Below are positions 1 through 13,022 of a DNA stretch of 64,000 nucleotides, piece by piece. Within the stretch, counting starts at the first letter, position 1, and each line of letters starts with the position of its first letter. The notes beneath the pieces are model-generated. The model saw only the letters and a list, made by a program, of their open reading frames with translations, was not told the DNA's origin and did no database searches. The stretch is taken from positions 1 to 64,000 of the forward strand of contig NW_021832004.1 in the NCBI RefSeq assembly GCF_006345805.1. The letters run 5' to 3'. The stretch comes from Octopus sinensis (lineage: Eukaryota). Position numbers and translations under genes: made by a program.

Positions 1-118
1 TGTCTATCTATCTAGCCATCTGTCTGTCTACTTGTCTGTCTACCTGTCTGTCTGTCTGTCTATCTGCCTGTCAGTCTGTCTATCTGCCTGTCAGTCTGTC
101 TATCTTCCTGTCAGTCTG

Positions 119-214
<96 letters not shown>

Positions 215-215
215 A
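1..215. repeat. (TCTG)n/(TCTA)n microsatellite
   Basis: Seen directly in the sequence. Confidence 0.98.
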
Positions 216-405
216 TTAGTTATTGAGTCCATACCTTTATATGACATTGGACTTAGCCAATCGATAGAGCCAAGTAAATCAAAGTCGCAACCTCAATATA
301 ACAGACTAACACATTTTTGAAGGTGGTGCCTAAGTCTTGTCCAACTGACTGTGTATAATTCCAACAACAAAAAAATAAATAAAAACAAGAAAATGACGCC
401 CTTAC

Positions 406-636
406 CTCTGTTTATTTCGGTGTAAGTCCAATCTGTGTAAAAATTCAATTGAGCAGTTGTATGATCTTTAGATAACAACAAGCATCGTTTGTAATTAAAG
501 TTATAGTCAAACGATTGGCAAGTTGGTATTGCTTCGCAATTGAGCAGACATTGCGTATAATTGGAACCAGAAAAGAAACCCAAATCATAGTTAGAAGGTA
601 TAGCGGCTTTGTCAATAAAATCTAAAGGACATATTC
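406..636 (-). CDS. PAN/Apple-domain cassette exon A, left copy, intact (231 nt, phase 1-1)
   Basis: Acceptor ttcttacag| at 637 and donor |gtaagg at 405. Translates ICPLDFIDKAAIPSNYDLGFFSGSNYTQCLLNCEAIPTCQSFDYNFNYKRCLLLSKDHTTAQLNFYTDWTYTEINR, with the PAN pattern C-x3-C-x5-C-x-SF-x-Y...C-x-L. Confidence 0.85.
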
Positions 637-774
637 CTGTAAGAATAAGAAGGTAAATAAATCAACGTTGTCTTTTGTAGTTTTTCGTAATGGAGGTGAG
701 ACTATTTCACGTTGTACAGTGTTATTATTTTTGAATAATGAGAAATAACAGATATATTTTCTACTCTTTAAGAG

Positions 775-800
775 AGGATAATAATAATAAATATAATGAA

Positions 801-843
<43 letters not shown>

Positions 844-905
844 TAATAATAATAATAATAATAATAACAACAACGACAACAACAACAACAAAAACAACAA
901 CAAAG
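775..905. repeat. (AAT)n/(AAC)n microsatellite
   Basis: Seen directly in the sequence. Confidence 0.97.
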
Positions 906-3900
906 AGGAAAGTCTCTGACTTTAGCCATTTCAGACGAGTCCACCATACTACCGATTTCGCTACATCCACTAAACAAATAAAAATTGCCTGCTCCTCCCA
1001 GCCAAAGGAGGGCGGCGGGGTAATCCTCACTATGGATTCAGCTGATAGCCGTATCCGTCCAACACGTGACAGCAGGTGTTCGACATAAACCCACAGAGGT
1101 CAGCAATATTCGGTCACTGGACGAGGGCGTGTAGAACGGTTTCATCGTTCTGGGCACACCTCGAGCAGGCCTGGCTGACGGCACTTCCGTACCTGTAAAG
1201 TTTATCTCAAACAGTCAGCGCCCCTCGGTGGCACTGCCAGGCAAGGGATTTCTCGAGCTTATTCATAGGCCTAGGCCAGAAAGTTCTTCGAAACAGACCA
1301 TTTCGTTGATCTTCATCGACACCTAGAGTTTCCCCGAGAACGTCGTCGCGATATCCTTCCACTAGCCCTCTATAGAACGCTAGAATGGAACTACACCGAC
1401 CTCATTGTTCACCTGGCGGAGGGCGTAGACAAGCACCCCCTCTTCGGTCTACGCTTAATCCAGGTTTGCAGCTCAGTCAAAGGGACGGTCTGTGGAAAAA
1501 TGTACCTGACAAACAGTGACCACACCTGCTCATCGCCAAGGAAACGCTAGAGATGCCGCAAACTTAATGAATGTCTGCGCATTAGTAACAACGGCATGCC
1601 CAGCCCTCCATTCAGCGACTGTTGACAGTAGATGGAGCGCCTGAACATTGGAACGCGCGCCTTCCACAGAAAAGGGAAGAGTAAACGCTCTAGGTTGGTC
1701 AACCAGCAAACGGGGCAAGGGACGACGGTCAAGTGGTAATAGATGACAGATGCGATGTACACATTCGCCTCCTCCCCTCGACCGCTCTGAAGCAGCTCCC
1801 TATCGGCCCATTTCTGGGTTAGGTTGGTTACCTTCCTCGTCACTCCGTCCCAGTTTTTCTCCACCTGAAAGTCTGGACCAAACCAGACTCCGAGTAATGC
1901 AATTTAATGTGATCGTCTCTTTCGGTTCGAACACTTTGCATCCTTTCTGGTCCACCAAAGACCGAATGGTGGCTTTATTGCCACTTTTCACCTCCTTCAC
2001 GCGGGCCCATCATTTCGCTATCATTCCCTCTCCGCGGCTTTCGTGTTTGGCGTCGAAAATTGGTCAAGGGTCAACCTCACCGCCAACACGTCGGTTGCGA
2101 TGCATCTCCCTCTATTCTATTTCGTCCTATCGTCAACGCCTTGCTAAACCTAATTAATTCTTCTCTAATTTGCCCTTTTAAAAGCAAACCAACAGTTGTC
2201 GACGAGTGCCCCCGACAACGTCCGCTTAACTAATTCGCTAATCCGGTCTCTGTAAGCTTGACACATTGCCTTCGGCTTCCAGTAACCGGGACCGTGTCTA
2301 TGAAGCCTATCCAAGTCGACTGTAGAGATAAAAAATTTGTGTAGCTGACCATGTGAAATAATGAACACCCGATGATATCCTTGTCCGCTGGCTAACACAA
2401 TACTCTATCTAGATACGATCTAGATAACCAGATGCGGTTTGTTCAAGTCCACATTGGTACATTCGGGTAATCTAGTCGGTACCCGGCAGACAATGGAAAA
2501 CGTCTGAGTAAATTTTTGAGGATTTTGCACCCCATCTCTCATATAAGATACTTCCACGCAATCGAAACATCCATCTACGACAGCGTTCCAGTCCCCTACT
2601 AGTACGAATGTCCGCGACGTACTCCAGACACTTGAAATAATCAGACCACCCTGATCCTGTCAAAGCATAGGCAGCCGGCAGTCTGAAAGCCAAGCTGTCA
2701 CTGCTGTTGACATCTAGGACCACCAAATTACCTTCTGAATCCAGGAAGGCTGCCCTTATTTTCAAACCCGGACCCTTCCAGAAAAGCACCACAGTTCTAC
2801 TACTACAACACATTGGCCGACAAGGAGATAGAAAAATTTTCGTGGGTCGGATAATCTGGATTCACTAATGGCTGCAACATTTACAGTAAGGGACCTCAGC
2901 TCATGTAAAAGGTGACGTTGTTTCCAAGGTGACCCGAGGCCCCTGGCTTCTATAAAACTATCCTGAGCATCACCAAGTTAAAATAAATTTAGAATGGAGA
3001 AGAGCACCACTTACCACTGTCTCCTGGTATGATGGTACACTTCGTGTGGTTGTTTCCCTAGGTTTTTATATATTCGTTTTGTAAAAGTCTTTTGGAGCCA
3101 CCCCACAGCATCTGGAAATGTTGCTTTTATGGTGTTGTAATTTTGTTGTTTGGGTTTTAGTATATGCATGGGTGGTGGTGGTGAGTTCTGTCATGGCGGT
3201 GTTTGTATTGTCTCTTGAGTACGTAATTAAATCTATTATTGCCTGTATCAAAAGCTGTGAACTTTGTGGTGCTAGTAGAATCTGTTTGTGGTGGTATTGG
3301 TGTTTGAGTTGATAGCGCTGGTGGAGGTGGAGTTGGTGTTTGAGGTGATAGCACCGGAGGAGGTGGTGTTGGTGTTTGAGTTGATAGCGCTGGTGGAGGT
3401 GGAGTTGGTGTTTGAGGTGATAGTGCTGGTGGAGGTGGTGTTGTTGTTATCGGCTGTTGTGTGTGGGTGTTGCCGCTGTAGGGACGTTCAGTGTCCTTGC
3501 CCCTCCCCACTTTTTTCTTCTACAGTCTCACTAGATTTTTCTTTTTTTTCTTTGGTGGGGGTGGGGAAACTGTTTGCCACTCCCCTCCCCCCTCGACTTC
3601 ATTACTCGAACAGTCCGAGTTGTTTTGGTCGGGAAGGAGGATTGACTCCGACTTTTGGTTTTGGTGGTGTTCATTTGTTGCTGCTGCTACTGCTACAGTA
3701 GGTGTTGGTGGTGGTGTTACTGCTACTGGGGGTAGCAGTAACGATAAGGTCTTCTGAAAATAGTGGCACTGTGGAATGTTTTCTTGCTTCTTCCTTTGCG
3801 TAGCGCACTTCCACAGTACCGAACCATTTTCCACGTGTCACTTATGTTTTCTTCTTCCAAATTGGTTTCAGAATTAGTTCCAGTTATTCTTGTGTTGCTC

Positions 3901-5222
3901 GTTCCAATGACTTTGTTGTTTGTTTATACATTTGTACGTAATGCTTCTTCTGTTTGTGTCCAGAACAATTTCTTTCGGGGTATTTAGTGAGACATTATTA
4001 CCTTGTCCCACTAATAGCCCCTTGAATTTTTTTAAAATCCTCTAACGTGAAGTTTATCGTTTCTCTTGTTTGTTTCGCTGCAGAACCGAAACCGTGTGTA
4101 TTGGATTTGTCATTTGCGTTTGTGTTTGTATTTTCTTCGTTGTTTCTCTTGCTCATAGCGGTGGTGGCTTTGGCGGCGTTTAATTGACTTTTTTTCTTTT
4201 GCAGTGTTAATGGTTGTGTAGGTGCAGTTAGTGGTGTTGGTACTGTTCTTTGTGCTGTTCAGAGGATAAATCGCCGTGGTACTAACCGTCAGAAAAGCTG
4301 GGAGTTGGCAGAAACGTTTGCACGCCGGGCGAAATGCTTTGCGGTATTTCGTCTGCTGTTACGTTCTGAGTTCAAATTCTGCCGAGGTCGACTTTGCCTT
4401 TCATCCTTTCGGGGTCGATTAACTAAGTACCAGTTATGCACTGGGGTCGATATAATCGACTTAATCCGTTTGTCTGTCCTTCTTTGTTCCCTCTGTGTTT
4501 AGCCCCTTGTGGGTAGTAAAGAAATAGGTATTTCGTCTGCGGTTACGTTCTGAGTTCAAATTCCGCCGTGGTCGACTTTGCCTTTCATCCTTTCGGAGTC
4601 AATTAAATAAGTAGCAGTTACGAACTGGGGTCGATGTAATCGACTTAATCCGTTTGTCTGTCCTTGTTTGTCCCCTCTATGTTTAGCCCCTTGGGGTAGT
4701 AAAGAAATAGGTATTTCGTCTGCGGTTACGTTCTGAGTTCAAATTCTGCCGTGGTCGACTTTGCCTTTCATCCTTTCGGGGTAGATAAATTAAATACCAG
4801 TTACGCACTGGGGTCGATGTAATCGACTTAATCCGTTTGTCTGTCCTTGTTTCTCCCCTCAATGTTTAGCCCCTTGTGGGTAGTGATGAAATAGGTATCT
4901 TGTCTAACGTTACGTTCTGAGTTCAAATTCCGCCAAGGTCGACTTTGCCTTTCATCCTTTCGGGGTAGATAAATTAAATACCAGTTACGCACTGGGGTCT
5001 ATATAATCGACTTAATCCGTTTGTCTGTCCTCTCTGTGTTTAGCCCCTTGTGGGTAGTAAAGAAATAGGTACTGACCGTCAGAACTCTTAACGGAAAAGA
5101 ATCCCTTCTGTACACCAATAGGGGTTTAGAAAACAAAAACACTTACATAACAGTCAACAACCTTCAAAAATACACAAGAAAAAAATTCAAACATACTGAG
5201 CTTTCAAAACACGTCTTACCTC
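905..5222 (-). mobile_element. Tx1/L1-clade LINE 'Tx1-A', left copy, decayed, with internal and 3' deletions and a SINE array in its 5' region
   Basis: ORF2 fragments on the minus strand: GPGYWKP, NKATIRSLVD, VIYYHLTVVPCP, AKSVVWWTRLK. Bounded by AAT/AAC microsatellites on both sides. Confidence 0.85.
4295..5068 (+). mobile_element. tRNA-derived SINE head plus 4 tandem ~184-bp bodies, flanked by a 16-bp TSD
   Basis: Units start at 4,344, 4,528, 4,711 and 4,895 with GTATTTCGTCTG or a variant. TSD gtact(a/g)accgtcagaa at 4,279-4,294 and 5,069-5,084. Confidence 0.9.
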
Positions 5223-5258
5223 GACGACGACGACAAGAACAACAACAACAACAACGAC

Positions 5259-5310
<52 letters not shown>
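5222..5310. repeat. (GAC)/(AAC)/(AAT)n microsatellite
   Basis: Seen directly in the sequence. Confidence 0.97.
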
Positions 5311-5573
5311 TTGTGGTTATTAGGAGAGTAGACGTGATACTCAGGGTAATTGATGCACTTGGAAGTATCAGCACTCAACTACCAGCATGGCTGAAAAAGA
5401 TCGGTGCAAGTGTGAAAGTAGAACGCCTACAAAAATCAGCATTGCTTGGAACTACAAGAATTCTTCGCAGGGTCCTTGAAGCATGACCAGTAAATATGTG
5501 TCACATTAGTCCGCTGCTTGTGGACAGCTGACACTTTCCATGACACCCAGCAAAATAAGCTGTGAGTTTTCTT
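5310..5573 (+). mobile_element. 3' end of R4/Dong-like RLE non-LTR retrotransposon (right-arm copy ~45,470-45,730, minus)
   Basis: Translates VIDALGSISTQLPAWLKKIGASVKVERLQKSALLGTTRILRRVLEA*, the typical RLE-clade C-terminus. Embedded between (AAT)n and (TAC)n/(TAA)n. Confidence 0.7.
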
Positions 5574-5639
<66 letters not shown>

Positions 5640-5667
5640 TACTACTAATAATAATAATAATAATAGT
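5574..5667. repeat. (TAC)n(TAA)n microsatellite
   Basis: Seen directly in the sequence. Confidence 0.97.
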
Positions 5668-7020
5668 ATACTTTCTTATATTGGACCGCTCTTATAAAAA
5701 AGGAACAATACAACACAAAGGGACAAGTAGGGTGTTGAACAATGCCGTGTATACAATAAGTAACAGAAAATAGATAACAAAAAATAATTGAACAATAAAA
5801 ATTCCCAAAGGGGTTAGCTCCTCACAGGGACAACGACAGACCCCCACACTACCTGGTTATTCCGACCGCCAGTGCAACTCCTCCGTTTACAAACGAAAGT
5901 TCAGAGCAGGCCCCTTTACTAGGACCATCCTCACCACATACACCCACCTTTCATCAAATTTACTGGGGAGCAGAACTTCCCTCTCTACCCTCACTTACTT
6001 TTTTAAGTGGAACTTGAAAAAGTCAATGAGGGTTTGGCCCAAGAGGAAAGCATCTGTCTTCAGTCCTCTCAGTTTTATCAACCGCTTTCGCCATAGCTAC
6101 CAGACAGAGGAAGACTGTCTTTTCTTCCTGGTCAAGGAAGGAAGGAAGGAGGGTGGCGATCTTCACGATGGACTCAGATGATAACCGGATCTGTCCTACA
6201 CGCGATAACAACCGCTTGACAAAGCTCCACAAATCAGTAATGCAAGGAAACAGGATGAGTGCGTGCAGGACGGTTTCGTCATTCTGCGCACACTTCGAAA
6301 CAAACCAGTCTGACCGCACTTTCGTGTCTGCAGAGATCGTTTGGAGCCGGCAGAGCTCCCCGATAGCACAGCCAGGACATAGAAGTTTGGAAGTTATCCA
6401 TACGATTCGGCCTGATAGTCCTCCGAAAAGATCAGTTAGTTGATCCCTTCCGACGCCCAGAGTTTCCACAACGACGTGATTCTTACCCGCTACTAATCCC
6501 CTATAGAACTCCGCAGTGGAACTTCCTCTGACCGCGTTGCCCGACTGACAGGAGGCTCTGAGCTTTTCCTAACACTCCAGGTGCCACGCGTCCTTTCTGG
6601 GTCTACGCTTGATTGAGTACTATAACTCCGACAATAACATGAGCTGCAGAAAATCCTACTTGACAAATAGTGACCACATCTGTTCACCGTTAGAAAATGC
6701 TGGAGATGTTGTAGCCTCAGCGCATATCTGTACATCATTAGTCAGGGCACGCCCGGTCCTCCACTCTGTGGCTGTTGTTAGCAAATGAACCGTATGACGA
6801 GGGGAACACGTCCTTTCCAGAGAAGGCGGGATATTAAGCGTTCTAGCTTGGTCAGTTACAAAGCAGGGCAATGGACGATTGTCAGGTGGTAAGAGATGAG
6901 GGAAACTATGTACGCATTCGCCACCTCTACACAACCTTTCGGGAACAATTTCTTCTCTACCCATTTCTTGTGCGAGATTGGCTCTCCTGCTCGAGTGGTG
7001 GAATCGGAGACTAGCAAAAT
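5668..7020 (-). mobile_element. 5'-truncated Tx1-clade fragment 'Tx1-C' (right-arm copy ~43,990-45,365, plus)
   Basis: Motifs YAYIPSLIYYHL, DQLTDLF, ETVLHALI and IVKIA match the ORF2 C-terminus of the other Tx1 copies. The 3' end abuts a trinucleotide microsatellite. Confidence 0.8.
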
Positions 7021-7039
7021 TACGTGGGATTTCTTAATC

Positions 7040-7330
7040 CAAACAGATCAAGTGCTAGAGCTAACAGACCGGACATAGTGGTGGTGGACCGCATATGCTA
7101 TATCGTTGATGCTGCATACTCCTTTGACTCACGAATAGTCAAGAAAGAAGGCGATAAAATAATAACATACAAACCCTTGTTAAGTACAAAAAAACTCGGT
7201 TATGGGAAATGAAGAAGGTGAAGTCCCAATTATTGTGGTGGGTGGGGTTGGGACATTTCAGAAGGCACCATGAGAGGTATAAAGACATTGGAAAAAGGGC
7301 ACAGTAGAACTGTAACAAAAGGTTTGTCTC
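7040..7330 (+). mobile_element. RLE (PD-(D/E)xK) endonuclease fragment of an R2/R4-type LINE (right-arm copy ~43,680-43,960, minus)
   Basis: Translates ANRPDIVVVDRICYIVDAAYSFDSRIVKKEGDKIITYKPL. Confidence 0.65.
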
Positions 7331-8655
7331 TTATGCAAGGCCAGAATAATCAGGTAAATATTCAATGATGAAGCGAGAGTGGCTGCATGAAATCCAAGAT
7401 ACGTTAAGAAATATAGAAGCCCAAGAAGACATAATGATATGTACAGAATGGAAAAAAAAGCAATTAAGAAATTGACCCATAAAGACAGGAGAGCTCTCTT
7501 GAGCTCTGACACATTGAATAGGAACGTGCAGAAACACTGCTCTCTCAGATACCCCAAATTGCAAAGTCCATGGGATTGACATCTAGACTTAGGAGAGGCC
7601 ATATTTTCTTGTCTCCAAAACCGTTGAAATGCTCTTAAACCACCTCTGTCTCAAATTGGATGTGTGGGGCCGGAGCCCTGTTTAGAGTGAAGGTGTAACG
7701 GTCACGAAAGGTTTCTGTGATCCAGGGTAACACTATCTCATTCAACATTTCCAAATAAACCTCACTGTTATCCTTGACGCCCCAGAATCGATGAAGATCG
7801 ATGGCGGCTTGGACCCATCTGATGCATCTGTAACCCACACTATGAGAGAAGCTGTCTTCTGATGGCGTATATGAATCCTGTTACTGTCGGGCAAGTCCCC
7901 TGCATTATGTGCATAAAGCCTGTCATTCTATTAGAAACTGCCTCCGCGATGAATAGTTTCTCATCGAATCATATCAACACTTTGTTAGTGGCACGCTTCT
8001 TCTCAGCTAACATAGTTTTACCCCTGTCGAGCCGTTTCTTCTTGGATGTTGCTGAATTGACCGCTTGGATTGTTTCTTTTTTGCAGCAAGTTTTAAATCC
8101 CCTTTAAAATCCTGTTCATTGACGATTTCTATATATCAAGAGTTTTTGGAGCTTTTCTTGACTCCTGCTGGGATTTCCGTTCATTCGTTTCTTCACAGCT
8201 TCAATATTCCAATTGTTTGCTTCCTACCAGGAATTGGCTTGCTAGAAGTTGTAGTGGACTCCATATATTGTTTCCAGGTATTGAACAGTTTTACGACACA
8301 CATTCAACCGTTTTGTTATGTCATCGTTGCTCACTCTAGCTGCTCTCAAAGCGACAATCTGGTCACGTTTTTACTTTCGGTGCCATGTTTGTTTGCAAAC
8401 CAGTTTTAGACGAACGAAGCAATAGAAACATGAACAAAATACATAAGCAATCTTTACGTTAAATGTAGATATTACCTGAACCGATATTCTTTAGGAAGAG
8501 TTTTACACACGGGTAAATCTTTCTGGGGCACTCTGGACATGAATGACAGATATAGAAGAGAAGAGAAGAGAGAGAGGGGAGGGGAGAGAGAATGAATGAG
8601 TGAGAGAGAAAGAGAAAGAAAGAGAGAGAGAAGAGAAGATATATAGAAAAAGTGT

Positions 8656-8703
<48 letters not shown>

Positions 8704-9283
8704 AATAGAGTGTTACTCAGGATGTGGGTAATTCTGATTTGATCCAGTTTGAGGGTTTTCACTCATTTTTTCCCTTTTCTTTGATTTATATTTTAAAAAC
8801 AAAATGTGTTTTACACATTCAGTTAAGCATCTTGTGTAATTATTGTGCATAGTTTTAAAAACTGTTATCATATTCTGTTTTATTATAAGATCCTTTTCGT
8901 CTCCTCACAAACTGATGTCACATACATACACAACACACACACAGACATTTATTTTCATCATCAAATATATTGAGAATATTCTCTGAGAGTCACATGACAA
9001 AACGGTCTCATAAAACTTTACATTTTCTCTTCCCTCCTCGGTAATCTTGTGTCTCAATCCGTTTCTAAATTTTCTGCTAAACACATCACTAAAAACTTTA
9101 TTAGAACTTTAACTCTCCGGAATGAAAACTCTACAAACAATTATTTTCCAACTCACGCTAATCTACATCGACCAGAGAAATCGCAGACAATTTTCAAATG
9201 CCGACGGTATTGTTTCTCTTTGGACTAAAACATAGAATACAAGTCAAGGAATGAAATAAACACAAAAGATTCAATTTGTTTAC

Positions 9284-9543
9284 CGTCTCTATACTTGGTC
9301 GGCACAGATCTTCTCAACTGATAAAAATGGGTATTAGTTATTTTTATTAGCATCCTCTCTGTTGAGTCTTTCTTCGTATAAAATACAGCTTGGACTTATC
9401 GTTCTGCTCACGAAAGATTTACATGCAGAAGTTTCAAAACAACTCTTCGAACAGTGAAAGGCATCCAGGTCAAGTGTCATCAATGTATTACCGTCTTTCA
9501 GAGCACAGTTTGGTACTTTCATAAATATACTTCAGATATTCAA
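9284..9543 (-). pseudogene. PAN/Apple exon B, left copy, two 1-nt insertions (260 nt)
   Basis: Same acceptor (gttacag|) and donor (|gtaaac) as 41,448-41,705. It has an extra A in 'tatAtttatg' and in 'gaagaaAg' relative to the intact copy. This could be an assembly error. Confidence 0.75.
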
Positions 9544-11304
9544 CTGTAACAAAGCCAGGCAAATTAAACAACCAAAATACGAAGACGAAAATAAAACATT
9601 GTGAAAATAGATAATAATAAAGATAGAGAATATTAAATGTTTGAGGATCAGCATTGATATTTTTTACCAGGAAGAAGTGATAGAGTTGTTACTACCATAT
9701 TGGAGGTACAAAGCATCTTGGGATATATAATCTGTTTAATGGAAATGACTGCGAATGAGTCTTAAATGTTGTTTAATTAATTCTATTATTTAAATGATTC
9801 ACAAGTTATATGCTATAATGTTTAACGGTTGTCTGTTGTAAAGAATGTCCCCTAATACCAGCACTTTTTGTTTTATTTAACAAAATGCTTACAAGCTGAC
9901 GGAAAACTGAATTATCACCAATGGAAATTATGTTAAGAAGCGAATTCGTCATAATACGAGATTTATCTTGAGTTTCTTTTCATCTAATTTAATTAGGAAA
10001 GGAAAATATTTCTTCCACTGAACTTATAAATTAAAGTTTTGAGTAGTGATTTCCATAATTTTCATAGATATATGTCTATATATTGATATAAATTTACTTA
10101 CGTCCATTTCCAAATGTCAGTGAGATGTAGAAGAGAACTGCAATGAAAATTTATTTTGTAAAAAATTTCATATTTCATATTCACGTTTAACATTAATTTA
10201 CAAAGAATGAAGATGAAAGGAATAAGAAAGAAAGTGCTACAAGCATAATTCAGTAACAAATACGGCGATGACCACCACTACATCACCATAAAATTACCCA
10301 TTGAAATAATGAGGGAGAGCGACAAATTGGAGAGGGATAGAAAGAGAGGGAACATAAGAGAGAGGGGTAGGAGGAGTGAGGGTGAGATAAAAAAAGAGAG
10401 GAGCAAAAATAGAAAAAGAGGAAGAAGAAAAAGAAATGTTATTTGTTTCAACACGAGATCAGAAGCATCAGTATTTCTTGGAAAGAACATTCTAGACACT
10501 TCAGAGACTTTAGTGAAAGTATTACGTATAACTTGTTCGTAGAATTAACCACTTTTATAAAGGCGATTCACCACTTTTATAACGGGTTGATTCTATCTTA
10601 TTTATAGAGTGATTATTCTCCTGAGTAGACTTTTCTAAGTTCACGTCGGCTTGTCACCAATATATAAGGTTGTGTTGATAATCTGGTATAGAATGTTTTT
10701 GACTTGGAAAAGATAATAAATATAGATGTTTACTGAGTAGAAATCTATAGTGATAACCGGTCACTTATAACTTAACTATAAGTGTTATCACTATACATAA
10801 ATCTTAACTCAGGCTGCGTAAACACCGTGATGAATTATACACGAAGACGCTGAAACGTACATGTTGAAAGGTCACCGCTATAATAACAGTTTCATGGATA
10901 CAGAAATAAATCTCATTAACAGGTTGAAAGAATGAAGAAAGAGTAATTTTACTAAATTAGTTTATTTACGTACATTTAATATTTACAGTACATTTAGAAG
11001 TCAAAGAAAATTGTCGTAGAGAGTTACGACATAAACTTTATATTAACTAATTCTTCCATACGAAACTAGCAGAGTTTTACACAACGATTCAAAATAGTCT
11101 TGTGGGATTTAAGTAATAGAGATGGCATAAAAATAGCCAATATCTCAAGACAGGGAGTGTCGTGGAAATGAGTGACAGCCAACGAACACTGAGGGTGAGT
11201 GTCGTGGAGTCTAGTAACAACCAACGATCCCTGATTAATTTGATCTCACTGGACAAGGGATAGGCATAGTTCAGAAGGTTTAGGTCATGTTAATATTCAC
11301 CCAT

Positions 11305-11306
11305 TT

Positions 11307-11365
<59 letters not shown>

Positions 11366-11370
11366 TATAC

Positions 11371-11428
<58 letters not shown>

Positions 11429-11550
11429 TGTATATGTATGAATGTATGTATACATACACATATGTATATTCATTTTAATATATGTATACTCATGTGTATA
11501 TATGTGTGCATACATATAAAAACACACATATACATATACATACATACTGT
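11305..11550. repeat. (TA)n/(TATG)n microsatellite
   Basis: Seen directly in the sequence. Confidence 0.95.
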
Positions 11551-12511
11551 ATAATTGCATAAGTTGGAGTAACAAGAAGGAATACGAAGGAACATTTATT
11601 TGTAAACCCTAAATTGTTTCCAGGCATGCAGTCTTTCATTTTGGCAGGAATTTGGTTACGCAAAATTTCTCTTCATTGAGAATTCTTGTTGCGTCAACGG
11701 GTCGTCTGCATGTAACATTATTAAGATATAGTCACATGACAATCGTTCCTTGTGATACTCAGTGGTGAATAAAATATTGATTAATTGGTATAAACTGGTA
11801 TTAATAAAGGAGTATTGAGGCAAAGGAACTTGTTAATTATATATAAGAAAATTATAATCTAAGCAGGTTTTTTTATAAGTAATGAATACCAGTATAGTAT
11901 GATTTATAGAGATACAAAAATTAGAATTAATTTTATAAATAAAGGCTATTATAAAATAATAAAGAAATACAATAAAATGATCAGGTAGGGCAGAACACCA
12001 TAGAAAAGGAAAGAAATAACTTAATTTCCAATACTATGGTAAAGCATATGTAGCTTATTAACACCATAGAAATGATTTTTAGAAAAAGGATAATACTTCA
12101 AAATATATTAGACTAAAAATTATATATTTACTTATTTAGCTAATATCAATAAAAGGCTGATGTTTGATGTCAGCTAAAGGAATATTTAAGTTACGGAACA
12201 ATCGTATTTTACACTAATCTTTTTTTTTAAATAAGAGTCATATCAAAGATTTAAGAAGTTAATATTGTTACTCCCTACACGATATTTATAGTTCTTATTT
12301 TGTACTTGTTTAGAAGGGTTATTTAATAAAGGCCCTTGTCAATACTAAGATCAGGAGGATAGAGTCATTAAAGAAAGAGATAAGTCAAGTAATTTCTAAA
12401 GATCATTTCAACAATATTGTCTTATTGTATTAAGTTAAAGTTTAGGGTAATCAAGATTATTAAGAATGAAAATTTAACATAAGGATAAAACTTCTTTGAA
12501 TATTTAGAGTA

Positions 12512-13022
12512 CCATAAATCCTCGACTATAGTCCACCCTTGAGTATAACACGCAGGGGATTTTTTTTTGGGAGGGGCTCTACCTCTGAAAAACTTAAACT
12601 TGTGTATAATATGCACTCCTTCTCTAACTTGAGTCAAGGAGGTCTATATAACGTCCTTGGTTTGTAAAAATGTATTCGGTAACGTCCTTTATTATTATTG
12701 TTTATATCATAGTGGGAACGTGTAGTATTTTGTGCATTTTGTTTGCAGAAAATAAAGAAATAACAGTAATAACGTTTAATAAATGTTGCTTACTGCAAGT
12801 TATGGATGATTCTTTTATGACTTCATTGCTTTCATGTTTAGCTTAAGGTATTTTCACGCCCGGACATCACAAAATGCGTCTGAATAAACATAGCCAGAGA
12901 GCAAATTGAGACTCGGACATAGATTAGAAAAATTTTCATGTTTAACCTCGTATATAGTACGCACTAGGTATTTTGACCTTTAAATTTTAGGAAAAAAGCA
13001 GATTATTCTCGAGGATTTACGG
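12512..13022. mobile_element. 511-bp MITE with TA target duplication (Tc2/pogo-like termini)
   Basis: TA|CCATAAATCCTCGACTATAGTC at 12,510 and GATTATTCTCGAGGATTTACGG|TA ending 13,024. These are imperfect 22-bp inverted termini with no ORF between them. Confidence 0.75.

Larger units (their letters stand above)
1..10530 (-). repeat. Left arm of large inverted segmental duplication (may extend past the window edge)
   Basis: Reverse complement matches 40,425-57,075 in the same order: exon B, Tc1/mariner remnant, RLE fragment, Tx1 fragment, Dong-like tail, Tx1-A with SINE array, exon A, (TCTA)n. Homology stops near 'aaagtattacgtata' (~10,530). Confidence 0.93.

Noticed and set aside
32-1088. Low-complexity ORFs (poly-I/Y/T/L, YLSI, IHTY, CV repeats) here and throughout the ORF track
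   Set aside because: They are translations of microsatellites.
4295-4400. SINE heads as tRNA genes
   Set aside because: Only A/B-box-like remnants are present (e.g. gttcaaattcc). I could not fold a complete cloverleaf, and they run into SINE bodies.
4344-5068. 184-bp tandem units here, at 22.7 kb and at 46 kb as a CRISPR array
   Set aside because: Units are near-identical along their whole length, there are no unique spacers or cas genes, and they follow a tRNA-like SINE head with TSDs in eukaryotic DNA.
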